DNA from: Callorhinchus milii
Lineage: Eukaryota
NCBI RefSeq assembly: GCF_018977255.1
Contig: NW_024704743.1
Span: 48,112,001-48,176,000, forward strand
Length of the DNA stretch: 64,000 nt
Direction of reading: 5' to 3'
Within the stretch, counting starts at the first letter, position 1. Each line of letters begins with the position of its first letter. The position numbers and the translations under genes are program-made. Below the pieces are notes generated by a model, which saw only the letters and a list, made by a program, of their open reading frames with translations, was not told where the DNA came from and ran no database searches. Positions 30,500-43,500 of this stretch are shown here, piece by piece.

Positions 30500-30800
30500 T
30501 ACGCTCTCGAAGAAAAACGGTTGGAATCAGCAATTTAAGGAGAGTGAAATGGTTGATCATTGACTATAAGGTACTTTTCTACAGATGGAGCATTCAGTGG
30601 CTCACTTGAAAAGTTGCATACGAGTGAATTTTTACCCCTATCTTCCCTCCTACGCTGTTCGGCTTCCCCTTTCATGTTGTGCGATCGCAATAAGCAATAG
30701 GAGCAAGTGTTTTCTCTTTAGTGATCTGTTTACAGCCTTAGTGCATGAAGTCATAAATCTTACGTAGCCATAAACGACAGAAGCATTGGTATGCATAAGA
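30500..30800 (+). promoter_or_regulatory. Probable Hoxa3 rhombomere 5/6 enhancer (MafB/kreisler plus Hox/Pbx sites)
   Basis: Half-MARE TCAGCA+ATTT at 30527, TGATCATTGA at 30554 and TCATAAATCT at 30751, about 4.5 kb 5' of the Hoxa3 ATG. Order resembles the described r5/r6 enhancer (from memory). Confidence 0.6.
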
Positions 30801-31788
30801 GGTGACCATGGCTCATATACCTCTTACACTGCTCGCCTCTCCCACTCGGTTTTGGTTTTGAAGCGTAACTTTTCTCTCCTGTGCCTGTACACTTTCACCT
30901 TAAGAGTTTTCAACACGTCCAAACTATGGATATTAGATTCGCCTTTGCTGTATAACTAATGGTGCCCCTTGAAAAGAGACGGCATTTTATCTTTGTTCAA
31001 TATTTCCTCCTAATTACCCACACCCTTTATTCCAAACAAAGGCCCTTCTTTACAACAAAGAGTTAATAAAAGTTAATAAAAGTACTTTTACATTAAACAT
31101 GAAAGGCATTTATTGAGAGTTTAATCGGTTATTTTTTTTAAAAAAAAGCAAGTGTTATCAAAAGGAGAGATGGCTGAAATAATAATTTTGACTCAAGTTA
31201 TGTTTGCAGAGATTCAGTGGCTGCCAAACCCCGAGCTCTTGTGTTCACCTCGATGGTTAATTTGCATAATTTTTCACTCGTGACGCTCTGTTTCGGGGGA
31301 GTTTACCCAGTCTGTCTGTCTGCCCAGCACTCTCAGACAGCAATCTTAAAATCCGCGCTTTTAACATTCAATATTCATAAGAAACATACCCCATTTCTTT
31401 GGTATTAGATAAGCGCAGCCCGGAAAGCTGATAGCAGTCTTATCTCCCTGACCAGGGCGCACTACCATAATCACAGGGCTGTCCATCCAAAGCCCACAGC
31501 TTTCTCTCCAGTCTTTGCAGCTCTACCATTTTGTCTTACCCTTTTTTTTGCCGTTGTCGCCAACGAGTGCATTTCAGCGCTCAGAGTAACTGTTTGCATT
31601 CATTCCACTTAATTTGGAAGTTTGGAAACTCGTGCTTATCGATTTCCCCCCCTCGGTGAATCTGAAAATATTGTGCCGTGGTCTGCGTCTATCGTCAGAG
31701 GCTAAGGTAAGCTGGACACAAATAGGCTATCACTTGTGAATGGCGGAGTTTATGTCCCAGTGATTTATGACCATATGACTTAAATCTC

Positions 31789-31805
31789 GGTTCAAGAAGA
31801 GTTCA
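31789..31805 (+). promoter_or_regulatory. DR5 RARE 5' of Hoxa3 with adjacent Pbx/Hox site
   Basis: GGTTCA-agaag-AGTTCA, with TGATTTAT at 31761; corresponds to the conserved Hox3-Hox4 intergenic DR5. Confidence 0.85.
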
Positions 31806-34800
31806 CAAGCTATAGCTTCCTTTCACATTGTGACTGATATCCGTAAGGTTTTGAATTCAAGCCCCTTTTCTCTTCTGCTTCTCTTTCGTCACTGACTAGT
31901 CTTTTTAAGGCGATTTTTCTTTCTCAGAATTTTCTCTATTTGGAGGCTTTATAATTATCTACTGCCGCCTAAGGCACAATCTATAAATCTGAACTGCGAA
32001 AACTGCTACTGTTAGCAGGGTCTCGGTTCCTAGTGCTTACTGATTATTTTTAAATCGTCATCTTTTTATTTTCGTGGTGTCATAGAGAACCTCTGAAGCT
32101 TTTTAATGGTGATGGTTTTATTTTTAAACACGCATTTACGCCCAATGTTTTTCTGGAAGAGTTGGTTACACTAATTTAATGCCAGGCTAGCACACAGGGA
32201 AGGCTTATTCGATTTGTCTTGCATTTCGCTTGAACAGACAAAACTTCTCTTGCTGTGTTGTCGGATTCGCATAAAATGTTTTGTGGTTTCTGAGAGTGAA
32301 AACATCTGTGAAACTCGCCTGTAATCATTCAGCCACCAGAATGTCCGCATTCTGCAACATGTAATAAGCAAAACGGGTAGTGAGCAGCAAACAAATTATT
32401 AAAATGCTTTGGTTGTTTCATAATACAAGGAAGGTTTGGATTATGATCTGCACAGGTGAGTGAGGGTTTGTTTATTGTTGCAACAAACATGGCCGACCGC
32501 AAACACAGGTTACAGAAACATAAAGTGAAGAAACATTATAGCGTGAGAGACCAAATTGTCAAGGATTGACACAGAGCCAATTCTTTACAGTAGGATGAGT
32601 AATAGGCAACTGCTGAACTTATTTCTAACTGTGTATTTGTACGTACTTAAAACACACAGCAATTGTACAACTATGAAATAATGGAAATTACTAATAACTT
32701 TACACAAATTAAAGTAGCGTTAACTTTGTATCATTTTTATTCTTGTATGATAGCTAAATACAATAACACCAAACCTCCTAGGCTTGTTGAAAGGCCTATG
32801 ATAAAGGCACAGCGCTCTACAGCTGTGCAGCACTGTTGTATTTCACGATTCCAGGTTCAAGATGCAGTGTTGCTGTGGCAGTAAGTGCTATGAATAATAA
32901 CTGGGTAAGAAGGTTCATTTCTGAAGAAAGACACTGAAACCATCTTTCTAACTCAGTAATACCCACTTTTGGGGATTAGGTCTCGAATTTCGGATGTACC
33001 CTGAAATGTGTTATTTAAAACCTCTTTACATATAGCCCTGCCCTCCCCTGCTGACCCCAGCAGATTGGCCTACATTTACAATTCTGAATATGACAGTGGC
33101 ATTTAAAACAGCTTTATGTTCGCCCTGCAAGTAAGTGAATTGCTGAAACTAGTATTTTGAAACCAACAAAACCTTTTCAAATAAATATATGGAAGTACAC
33201 ACTGGAATTATGTTCAAACCATGTAACAAAGTTCACATCATCAATAGTTCCAGTCGTTTCCTTAATTATGTCACAAAATGGGAAAATTCAGTCTGAACAT
33301 GTGCATGTGAACATTGTATGAGTGGAGCAAAGAAAGGTCCGAGAAACAAAGGTTTTCTGCAAGGCCATTTTCTTTATGTCAATAAAATAGCATTTAATTA
33401 AAATTGGCCTACAGACTCATCCAGTATATGGGCTGTTTATTCGTGAAAACACAACAGTTGCAGGTGAAACAAAGATTTGCAGCCCAAATTGATCTTTGTA
33501 GAATCTATTTTGAAAAACGTATTGCTCCATTAAACATTGTTTTAAATAGGGACGAGATGCAATTCAACTTTATTGTGGGGTATAAGGTCGTCTTGGATAT
33601 GGAAAAGGTAAAACTTAACTGTTATTTGTGAATGAAATGGTGCTAAATCTAGCACCAGAGCCTTATGGTACAGGCACTTTCTATGGTCTGTGCTCCCAAC
33701 ACTTCTGCGGCCCAGTGACCCCCATACATCAAATTACGAGGCAGTTTCAGAGACACAGCCTATTATCGTTTGGTTGGAAGAAAAGTTCACACCGTGGTCA
33801 TGGAGAAGAACGCCGGTTTTTCTGGTTCCTGGTGCTTTTCCATCCATCATGTTTTTAGCAGGTAGAATTTAAGCAGTAAAAGGAAACCTTGGAAATTTCC
33901 GCCAGACCAAATGGTGACCTGTTAAAACTAGAATCAACTAAAAACAAAACAGCTCTGACCGTCAGTTTAGATAAATCTGGAAAGCTAAAACAAACATCGC
34001 TTCACACGCAATGCATTTAAAACAACAGCTAAAACATTTGTTCCCTTTCTGGAATGGTGGGAACGTTTCTTTTTAAAAAGAAAACTAAATTATTCTTCGG
34101 AGCAACATTTTTTATTGGATTCCGTTGGTGTTTGTGGCACAAAAATAGGAAAGAAAGACGCAAATAAAGACATTGATAAATTCGAGCAATGTAAGAACGC
34201 GATTTAAACAGCAATTTTATACATGATATCTTGAACCAACCTGCAAATTAATCTGAATGTTAAGAGGCAAGCGGACTCTCGTGAGCATTGAATGTTTTTT
34301 ACGTTTCCTTCGTTCCTTGGTTTTGTCTGCGGGAAGCTTTTGCTGACAACAGAAAAGTATCGTGAGTTTCAATTCTTAGACACATTTGCAGAGGCGCTAA
34401 CAGTAATCCCGCCATTTGAAATCGTGGTTATTAGACCTCTTAAGATGCAACTAACTAATCACATATTTTAATACGGCTACGTTTCAGTCCAGTTTACACA
34501 CGCACATATCAAGCTTAGCAAAACAATTACATTTCGTTAACAACTGGTTTGCGATTGTAAGTTATAGAGGGGACGGCTCTCATTTTCAATAGTCCCCAGA
34601 AGGAGGTTGAACATAAGTTAACCTACCGAAATCCATGTCTCACAGTTCAACATGAATCCTTATGTGGTATTGTATTTCCCTGATGAAACAAAATAAAAAG
34701 GCTGGAATTTGCAGAAACCGAATCCTTTCCTGTACAGACACACTGAGCATTTGCCGCTGAGAGTCAGTTTTAAACTGCTGTTGTGCTCAGATTGCCCAGG

Positions 34801-35043
34801 GCAAGACTGTGTGAGACCAAATATTGCTGCGCATTTTTTCTTTTATGGCTTTTCATGTCAGTTGCTATTGAGAGTAAGATGGATTTGTACCATTTCGCCA
34901 TTATGGTTTGTGTTTTTGTTACTCCAGGTCTACCCGAAGAGGCCATTGGAAGAAGGGCGTCACGTGACACAGGGTGCCAATGTTATTCTATAAGGGTGTC
35001 AAGACCCTGTCAGTTTGCGAAATAAATATTGGGAAACAACGAG

Positions 35044-38000
35044 ATGCAAAAAGCGACATACTACGACAGCTCTGCTATTTTCGGTGGTTACACATACCAA
35101 GCAGCAAATGGTTTTAACTATAATGCTAGTCAGCAGCAATATCCGCCTTCGTCCCATGTGGAAAGCGACTATCATCGACCTGCTTGCTCTCTGCAGTCAC
35201 CTGCTAGCACTGTCCCCCATCACAAACCCAACGATATCAATGAGAGTTGCATGCGAACCAGTGCCAGCCAACCCAGTCACCCTCCAGTTATCCCAGAGCA
35301 ACAGCAGAAGCAGCCACCACCTCCACCACCACCTCCACCGTCTGTCTCACCACCCCAAAATACCAGCAGCAACTCGACCCAGTCCAGCACAAGCAAGAAT
35401 CCCACTCTTACCTCACAAACCACCATTTCTAAGCAAATATTCCCCTGGATGAAAGAGTCGCGCCAAAACGCCAAGCAAAAAAACAGCAGTTCCAGCTCAG
35501 GTACACCGCATCCTGTCTTAACTCTTGATTAACTAGTGAGGCGTTTCGCTATATAATGAAAAAGCTCCCAATGAAATTGCTGGAACTGGATAGTCACTGC
35601 CATATTTTCAGTGTTGTCTGAAGAACTTCAATCATTGAAGTAGTTGGAGGTTGCAATAATGGTTGAGTTGTCCAGGCAAAAATAAAACATGTATGTCAGT
35701 TACTATACATTTCATAAGAATACTTGTGGGTTATCTTCCAGCAGTCCATTCAATGAGTCCTCTGCAAAGGTAAATATTTTTTCTGTATGTATAGAAACCA
35801 ACCTCCATGTGTGTATTTCCAAATAATATGCACAAGATTAATATCTGGTGTATGCAGTGTTATTTTAGGGATTTAGTGGTCTCAATAATATCTTCAACTG
35901 ATCACATCATGGGTTAAATTCAGCCATTTTTCTGTCAAAAGGCATCATATATTTCACTACAATGGTTCGTATGTAGGGATTATCTTGCAGGGGTACATTT
36001 AGATGCGTTATAAATACAGAAAAATATATTTTCCAGTAACATTTTCTGTATGTATAATTTAAGTAATTTAGGAGCAAAATTCTCCAGGAAACAATTAAAT
36101 ATTGCAATTCTATTTCCTCAACTTTCTAAGGGCAAATCCATATCACAAACTCATATATCCAAGTCTACCCACAAAAATACACAGTAAATTCACTTTACAG
36201 TATATTCTGTGAAGTGCTTGAGATGTCTCGAAGCCATAATAAGGTGCTATATCAAATGCAATGATTATTATTATTATTATTTATATACATATATTCATGA
36301 ATTATTATAGATGTGCACTATGTATCTGCACAGAATACCACATATGTATGTATTTATAAAATATACATACAAATCTCTGTGCACATATGTGTATATTACA
36401 TGTATAGATAATTAATTGCCCATACAATATAGGTTTAATTCCATCAGTTTAATAATAACGTTATTATTGTTAATGAATCATAACTTTACAGTTTATACTC
36501 TGAATCACTTTGAGACGTCTCAAAGATGTGATAAGGTGCTGGATCAAATGCAAGTATTATTATTATCATTACTATCAGTGGAACACCCAAATCAAAACAG
36601 AATGCACAGTATTGATATCAGATTTGAAGCTTTTTCATTACTCAGAATTATGTACTCGGAGGTTAATTTCTTAGTTAGCTGAAATGTTATTGAAATAAAT
36701 AAAATAAGCACTGGACTGACATATACAGGGCATTGAGACATTATCTTATGTAGTGATATAACTCTATTCCATATATTCATATGATATGCATAATAATTAC
36801 ATTCAGGCTTGAACTGCAATAAACTATAATTCTGTGAGTGCCAAAGGTGGTTGTGTGTATTTTAGAGGAAATACATGTACCTACGGAAGCACCCCCATAT
36901 GATTCTAATTTTGTGTATTACAAATTCTAATCATGCTATTTACTGAGTTGGCCAATTGTTAATGAATAACATACTTGCAGATAACAGCTACCTGTACCAA
37001 TGCAAAGTTGGGAATCAACTGAAACTTGTAAACGTTTAGTTATATCAGATTTGTTTGTAGTTTTTATCAGATTTTACATAAGTGGATCTAACCACAAATA
37101 TTTTCTGACACATGCTTACATAAGGAAAGGCTGTGTACATTTACTTTAGTATCTTTGCATGAATTCATAAACAACATGAACAAGTTGTCAACAGATTGCA
37201 GCTAATGAGAGCTCAATGTTGGTAATCCTTTGAATAAGATTACTTGTTAATCATTGTTTACTATAATATGTAGTACAATATCTAATCAAATATTACTTTA
37301 ACTCATTTGTTGATAACCTTTTTACATCCTGTGTAGCCACCATTGTGACATGGAGCAGTAGAATTTATGATGTGGGGGAGGTGCCATTAAGAGGCACTGC
37401 TTTAGTTGGGATATAGGGTTATTCAATGTCTTGTATGACTGTTTGTATATTTGCATGTATACAAATAATATATGCAAATAACCAATCAGGAAATGGAGAG
37501 AATAACTTCCATGTGTATTTTTCTACATACAATGTAAAGTTTAGATCTGGTAACTTGAGTGTTATTATACTTTTTTTTCACTTATATGTGCAGCTGATGA
37601 GATCATGGGTGGAATTGAGCCATTTTTCTGTCCAAAGCATGACACATTTTGTGGGAACTAACAGAGATATTGTGTGTTTCAGTCATGAATTTTAATAAGC
37701 GATCTTATAAGATGTGAATATTGTCAATTCAGGAATTAACTTTAAGTTTAGTTTGGCTATTTAAAAAATTAGTGATTGTGGTGAATCTCCACAATAAGAG
37801 GTGACTTTCCTAAAATTAAATTGTAACGGATAATCTTACACAATATTCTATACATCTGTATACATATTGACTAATGTAAGTACGTAGGAAAACAAATAAG
37901 AATTTGCATCTTACTTTGTGTTCTTGATAGGGAGGATTGTTCCTTAATACAGTAAGAGGCATTAAACCAATGCCAGTGCCTCTTAAGAATACAATAGCAA

Positions 38001-38843
38001 TCACAGATGCATACAGTGAACCTGCACATGTTATTAAAATCACATTAAATTTTGGTTTTGTGCCTTGCAGTTGAAAGCTGTGCTGGTGAAAAAAGTCCTC
38101 CCGGGCCAGCCTCTAAGAGGGCACGCACAGCATATACCAGTGCCCAATTGGTGGAACTGGAGAAGGAGTTTCACTTTAATCGCTACCTTTGCAGGCCCCG
38201 GAGAGTCGAAATGGCCAACCTGTTAAACCTCACTGAAAGACAGATTAAAATCTGGTTCCAGAATCGTAGAATGAAGTACAAGAAGGATCAGAAGGCAAAA
38301 GGCATGCTAACTTCCTCTGGAGGACAGTCACCCAGCAGAAGCCCCATCCCACCACCATCTGTAGGATTATATGCAAATTCCATGCATTCCTTGGCAAGCA
38401 ATGCTCCGTATGACCAACATTCACCTACGTCCTTTAACAAACCTCATCAAAACACCTATGGAATTCCTACGTCTTACCCTGCACCCCTCAACAATTGCCC
38501 ACCTCCACAGAAGAGGTATGCTGGGACGGCTGCTGTGACACCCGAATATGAAACACATCCTCTTCAAGGCAATGGAGGATATGGGACTCCTCATTTACAG
38601 GGTAGCCCAGTGTATGTTGGGGGAAACTTTGTGGAATCCATGTCTAGCTCTGGGCCTTCCCTTTTCAGCTTAACCCACCTTGGTCACCCTCCTTCTGGAA
38701 ACATGGACTACAGTGGTGCTGGACCAATGACCAGCAACCATCACCATGGACCTTGTGATCCACATCCTACATACACAGACCTTTCTTCACACCATCCATC
38801 TCAGGGAAGAATTCAGGAAGCCCCCAAACTGACTCATCTGTAA
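35044..38843 (+). CDS. hoxa3: Homeobox protein Hox-A3, join(35044..35500,38071..38843), 409 aa
   Basis: [16 protein letters not shown] start and [13 protein letters not shown]. Donor CAG|GTACAC at 35501 and acceptor TTGCAG| at 38070. PG3 homeodomain [40 protein letters not shown]... and C-terminus [10 protein letters not shown]. Confidence 0.97.
36168..36280 (+). mobile_element. 3' end of an L2-tailed SINE in the Hoxa3 intron (copy 1)
   Basis: CCCACAAAAATACACAGTAAATTCACTTTACAGTATATTCTGTGAAGTGC...ATAAGGTGCTATATCAAATGCAA followed by (TTA)n; aligns by eye with 63721-63829. Confidence 0.75.
36483..36570 (+). mobile_element. 3' end of the same SINE family in the Hoxa3 intron (copy 2)
   Basis: CACTTTGAGACGTCTC...GTGATAAGGTGCTGGATCAAATGCAAG followed by (TAT)n. 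Confidence 0.7.
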
Positions 38844-41800
38844 TGGACCAGTTAGCTGTGGTGAACTATCACTTTCTCATGGGTTTATGTCATGTTACCT
38901 TCGATTCTCCCCTCCCCCACTCTTGTTTTTCTTTAGTATCAACCTCTATGGTTCATATGTAATGTTGTACCTATCGACAACCCTTGCTTGCATTGCTCTA
39001 TCTCTGTTAGTGGTTGTTTATCTTCATGGACTCCAGCCTTAGCATTCATTAGTAGAAGTGAAATACTAAGGCTCACAGAACTTTGCATATAATCTTCTAC
39101 TCTTATGGAACAGGGTATATGAACAAATTTTCTAAAAATTACTTAAATGTGAATTTGTTCGTGCTTTATTTTTCCTTTTGAGGAACAGTAAAATAGTTTA
39201 TATTGCACTTCTTTACATTGAATGGTTAAAACAAGATCAAAGCGCTCGAACAGAGCAAATAAGAGTACTTGTACGTCTTTCAGTATGTGTGTATGCTGGT
39301 GAACATTCAAATTTATTTATTTGCTCTCGCAAAGGAGAATATTCTAAGTGTTTAAAGTATTATTTATCCCCATTGACGCATATTTATAAAGAGAACTGTA
39401 CATTGACTATTTACTTGGTTCTGTTCAGCCTTGTGTTTAAGTCATGGTAAATATATGTTTGTTTGTTTTTTTAAAAAATCATGTAAAATACACAGAAAAG
39501 TAGTTTTCTTTTAGTAATGTATTCCTGGAAAATGCAACTTGGTCAATCGTGGGAATAATGCCAAGAGAAAGGACATAGTCTGTAACTGTAGTATTCTTAA
39601 AATGGAACACAAAATTGCCACAATTTTGTTTTAGGTATACATTCCATGCTGCAAATGAGATATCCATGGAACAGCTAGTTCTGACGAATAAATTTTTTTT
39701 GGTCAGCAATATGGTGTTGCTTGTGTTAACTAAAATGAGATATACGCATTTTTTCAAGCATTTGCAAGAATATAACACCATGCAGCAAGAAATAGCAAAG
39801 CACATAGCTCAGTAGTCAGTCTTCCTTTGTGTTATGTTGGCTCTGTGGTGCTTCAACCCCCGCACTGAAAGATCATCCATTATCATGTGGCTTGCAAATG
39901 TCTCCCAATGCTGCATTTATTTAGTCCAAAACGGAAAGCGACACATTTCTCCCTTGCACAAAGAATGAAACGACTCTACTGGCTTCAAATTTGTTTGTTT
40001 ATTGGTTTGACCAAAGTATATGTGGTTCATAAGGATTACAGATATTACAGCGGGTGAAAATATTTCACCAGCGCTTAGAAACATTGCCATTGCCGCCTGG
40101 TTCGATTCCCAAATAATCCTGGACATGCGAAGGGAGAGAGAGAGAGAAAAAAAACGTCAGGATTCATAAATGCTTCCTTTTAAATATCCGCCCCCCATCC
40201 CCCCACCAAAAAATGCCTACTATTCATATTACAAAAACACGGGAAACGCTATAGAAATTATTTCATTGATTTTAATTGTTATACAAACTAATCACGGTTT
40301 TGCTTAGCTTTTTTTAAAGGAGAAAATTCATTATAAATAAATTCAGTTCTACGTGTTTATATTTCCATAGATGTAACGCATATCCTTCGCATCCAGTGAT
40401 ATAATATTAATTACGGGTGAGAAAACGTTAATGTTCTGGTCATTCGACTCTTGTGTGTTTTAATACTTTATACATTTCACATCAAATTTGCTCTTCAATA
40501 TGTTCTTTAAATATTAAAATGTTTTTTGTAAAAAAAAGTCATCAATCGAAAAGTATTTTCAAGATTTCTTTTAATTCTTATATCTAGTGCTAAAAACTGT
40601 ATAAATTTAGTTTTAAATCCATATGTTCCGCTCCAGCAACTGTTTTGTTTTAAAAAAATCAAAATGAACTACTCTGTTGTAAAGATAATGTGCCTTTACG
40701 CGAATTATTTATTTACCAAACAATTTTTTTTATGTTTTGCCATTAGCTGGCACGGACATTGATTCATTTATTCCAATTAGTAAACAGGCCAGGGACATAA
40801 AATATGGATGTTTAGAGGTTTTATTATTGTCCACCAAAAGTTGCTCATCGATTTTCTTTAATTGCGGGCTAAGATAAGGAAGAAAAAAGGCGTTATTTTT
40901 TCAAAAAGCTGAAGAGAATTTCCGAGTTGTAGAGTCTTAAGCGTGCAGAAAGCAGACGCCATGTCGTCGGCATGCTCACTATCAGAGCTTCCCAAAGGAC
41001 AAGCTGTCCAATTTATCTTCCTCTCCAAAATACATAGGAGACTTTCTTCACTCAGCTAGCAAAGCTTTAAATGTGATACAACTCCGCTGTATATTTACCA
41101 ACTGGAAGGATGTTAGCTAACAATAGAATATATACTGCACTTATATCATCCTATCCTGATTAAAAAAAATACAAATTCCGCAAGTTCAAATTGAACACAA
41201 TTATTTTGGTGAGTTTTTAGGGGCCGGGGTCAACCTTTTTTTCCATGCATGTAATAAATTATATGTGCTGTAAACGACAGCATATTTTAAGGAGGTCTGT
41301 TTTTTTAGACGAGACAACGATTTCCGTGGTTTTGCAAAAAGGGTTAATAATGTAATATTAAAACCAAATCAAATTATTATGACACGCTTGCTGGGTTTCC
41401 AAATGTTTATTTCAACGAAAATGAGAGAAATTTAAAAAATATATTTCAAGTTGGAGTCAGTAAGCCTAATTATTTCAGGTTGTTTGCGAGAATATTTTGT
41501 TTTTGAAAGCACAGAATTTGGCCGTGGTGCATTCTCGGGAATATATATATATATATATAGATGTAGTTATGGATTTCTCCTCGGAATGTATGAAATATCT
41601 GTTTAGAAAATAGTGCAATGTATCCACTGAATAGTTAGTTATTTTACAACTACTTAAAATTATTAAGAGGATATTTCTCGCAAATATGGTTTGCAGATCC
41701 GAAGCATTCCCCGAACTCGGCAGGATGTTTTTTTGTTTTGTAAACCTAACAAATACCAAGGACATAAACAAAATTAACATTTTAATATGTTGAAAGACGT

Positions 41801-41849
41801 TACTTTCTTTTTTCACACAACAGAATTTTGTGCTTGAAACGTGGCCGCT

Positions 41850-42260
41850 TCTGCTTTCGCCCACATGCCCCTACACAGGCTGTGAAAATCTCTGCAACGC
41901 CAACGCCTACAAACATTTCACACACAAAAGCCCATTTAATTGCTTAAAAAAAACTCTTCAATTCGTTAGCACTAAAACCCACGACCCAAACATTAACGGG
42001 AAAAACTAGCCTTTGCCGTAACTAATACGAGACGATGTATCATAATCTGTATGAACTCACCTTCCCTGCCTTACATTTGAAAGGCGTTGGATGTACTCTG
42101 ACGTTTAATAAACGATTTGTTGTAAATATTTAACCACCAAGAAGGAATCTTACTCTCTTCCTGATGCCATTTGACATTGCAGAGAGAAACCTTAAATGTG
42201 TTCTTGGGGGCCAGAAGCTGTCAGATCTTAAGGCGAACAAGATTGATCGGGGACATACTT
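41850..42260 (+). promoter_or_regulatory. Probable Hoxa2 r3/r5 and neural crest enhancer
   Basis: Krox20-like CGCCCACAT at 41858; block AAATGTGTTCTT...AGAAGCTGTCA (Meis, 42218)...AGATTGATCG (Pbx-Hox, 42240), 1.3-1.6 kb 5' of the Hoxa2 ATG. Confidence 0.65.
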
Positions 42261-43500
42261 CCTTACAGCTTTGTTTGCGGTATACGCAGAAAAGGGCCTA
42301 GAAAAGCATTACCATTTTTGAACCTTTGCCGTCTCAACAAAATCTCTGCATGTTACAGTCGTATTTGTAAAAGTGATCATGCTCAACTATTAGGATGTTT
42401 ACTGGACACGCTAGGGCCACAACAAACACAAATCCATCATGCCTGCTTTTTAAAAAATGTTCCTTTATACAATTTAGACGGAAGTTGTGTTTTAAACAAA
42501 AACGAAATGTAATATTTTCAAAGCAAAGAGAGTTTACGTCTCCGTTTCTGTTATTCATGTTGTCGTTTTGTTAAAACCATTGTACTGTGATTTTTAAAAT
42601 ATATATATACTGTATATATATAACAGCACAATTATCACGAGCAGTTCATCGTAATGTGCTACAAATGTCAAAAAACACAAGAGAATACAATACCTTCATC
42701 TATACGCCTTTTAGGGTTTTCGGTGCTCAAAAACAAAATATCATTAAAATGTATTGTCCACAATCACCACCACAATCGGCCTCTTGTTTCAGTTATTGTC
42801 TCCATACTGTACAACAATCAAAGTATATCCAGTACTGTACAACTAAAAAAACAAATATGGGGACGGTACGCCCAACGAAAACATGAAGCAAATGGCTGTA
42901 GCCTCGCCTTGTGTAACTTCTTATGTGGCAGGGATCTGGGGTCCAGTGTCAAAACTTTGAAGATTAATGGATTACTTTGTTAATGACTCTAGGCGTCAGA
43001 TTTAGGTGCTGGATGATTTGTGAGGTGCAAGTCGTCTTCGTGACAGTCGGTAACACACAGAGAAAGAGAAGCCAGCAAGTGTGCAGGAGACAGGGACAGA
43101 CAGAAAGAAAGAGACAAGGCTGAGTGAACTGATTTCCATGAGCTTTAAAACAAAATCTTTTGCACATTTATTATGGGAAGATGGAACAAAAAGTGGAAAT
43201 CAAAATACTGCTGGCCCAGAATGAGGCGTTCCTCTCCGACTTTTTGGATCAATCACATAGACAGTGCCTTCTTTTGATTAAACCCCAAATTGTCATTGGG
43301 CAGACGCAATCATGTGACAGCGAATTCGGTCCAATTTCAACCTTGTCTCCATGAATTCAATAGTTTAATAGTAGCACGGTCCCCATACGGCTGTAATCAG
43401 TGAATTAGAAAAAACCCAGCAGCGATATTTATTATTTTTTTACGGGCCAAAAAATAACTAACAGCTAACTTTTCCCCCCTTACGTTCTGTGAAGCCGGCA

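Noticed and set aside
6206-34993. Many 60-130 aa intergenic ORFs
   Set aside because: No recognisable domains, composition typical of AT-rich non-coding DNA, lengths expected by chance.
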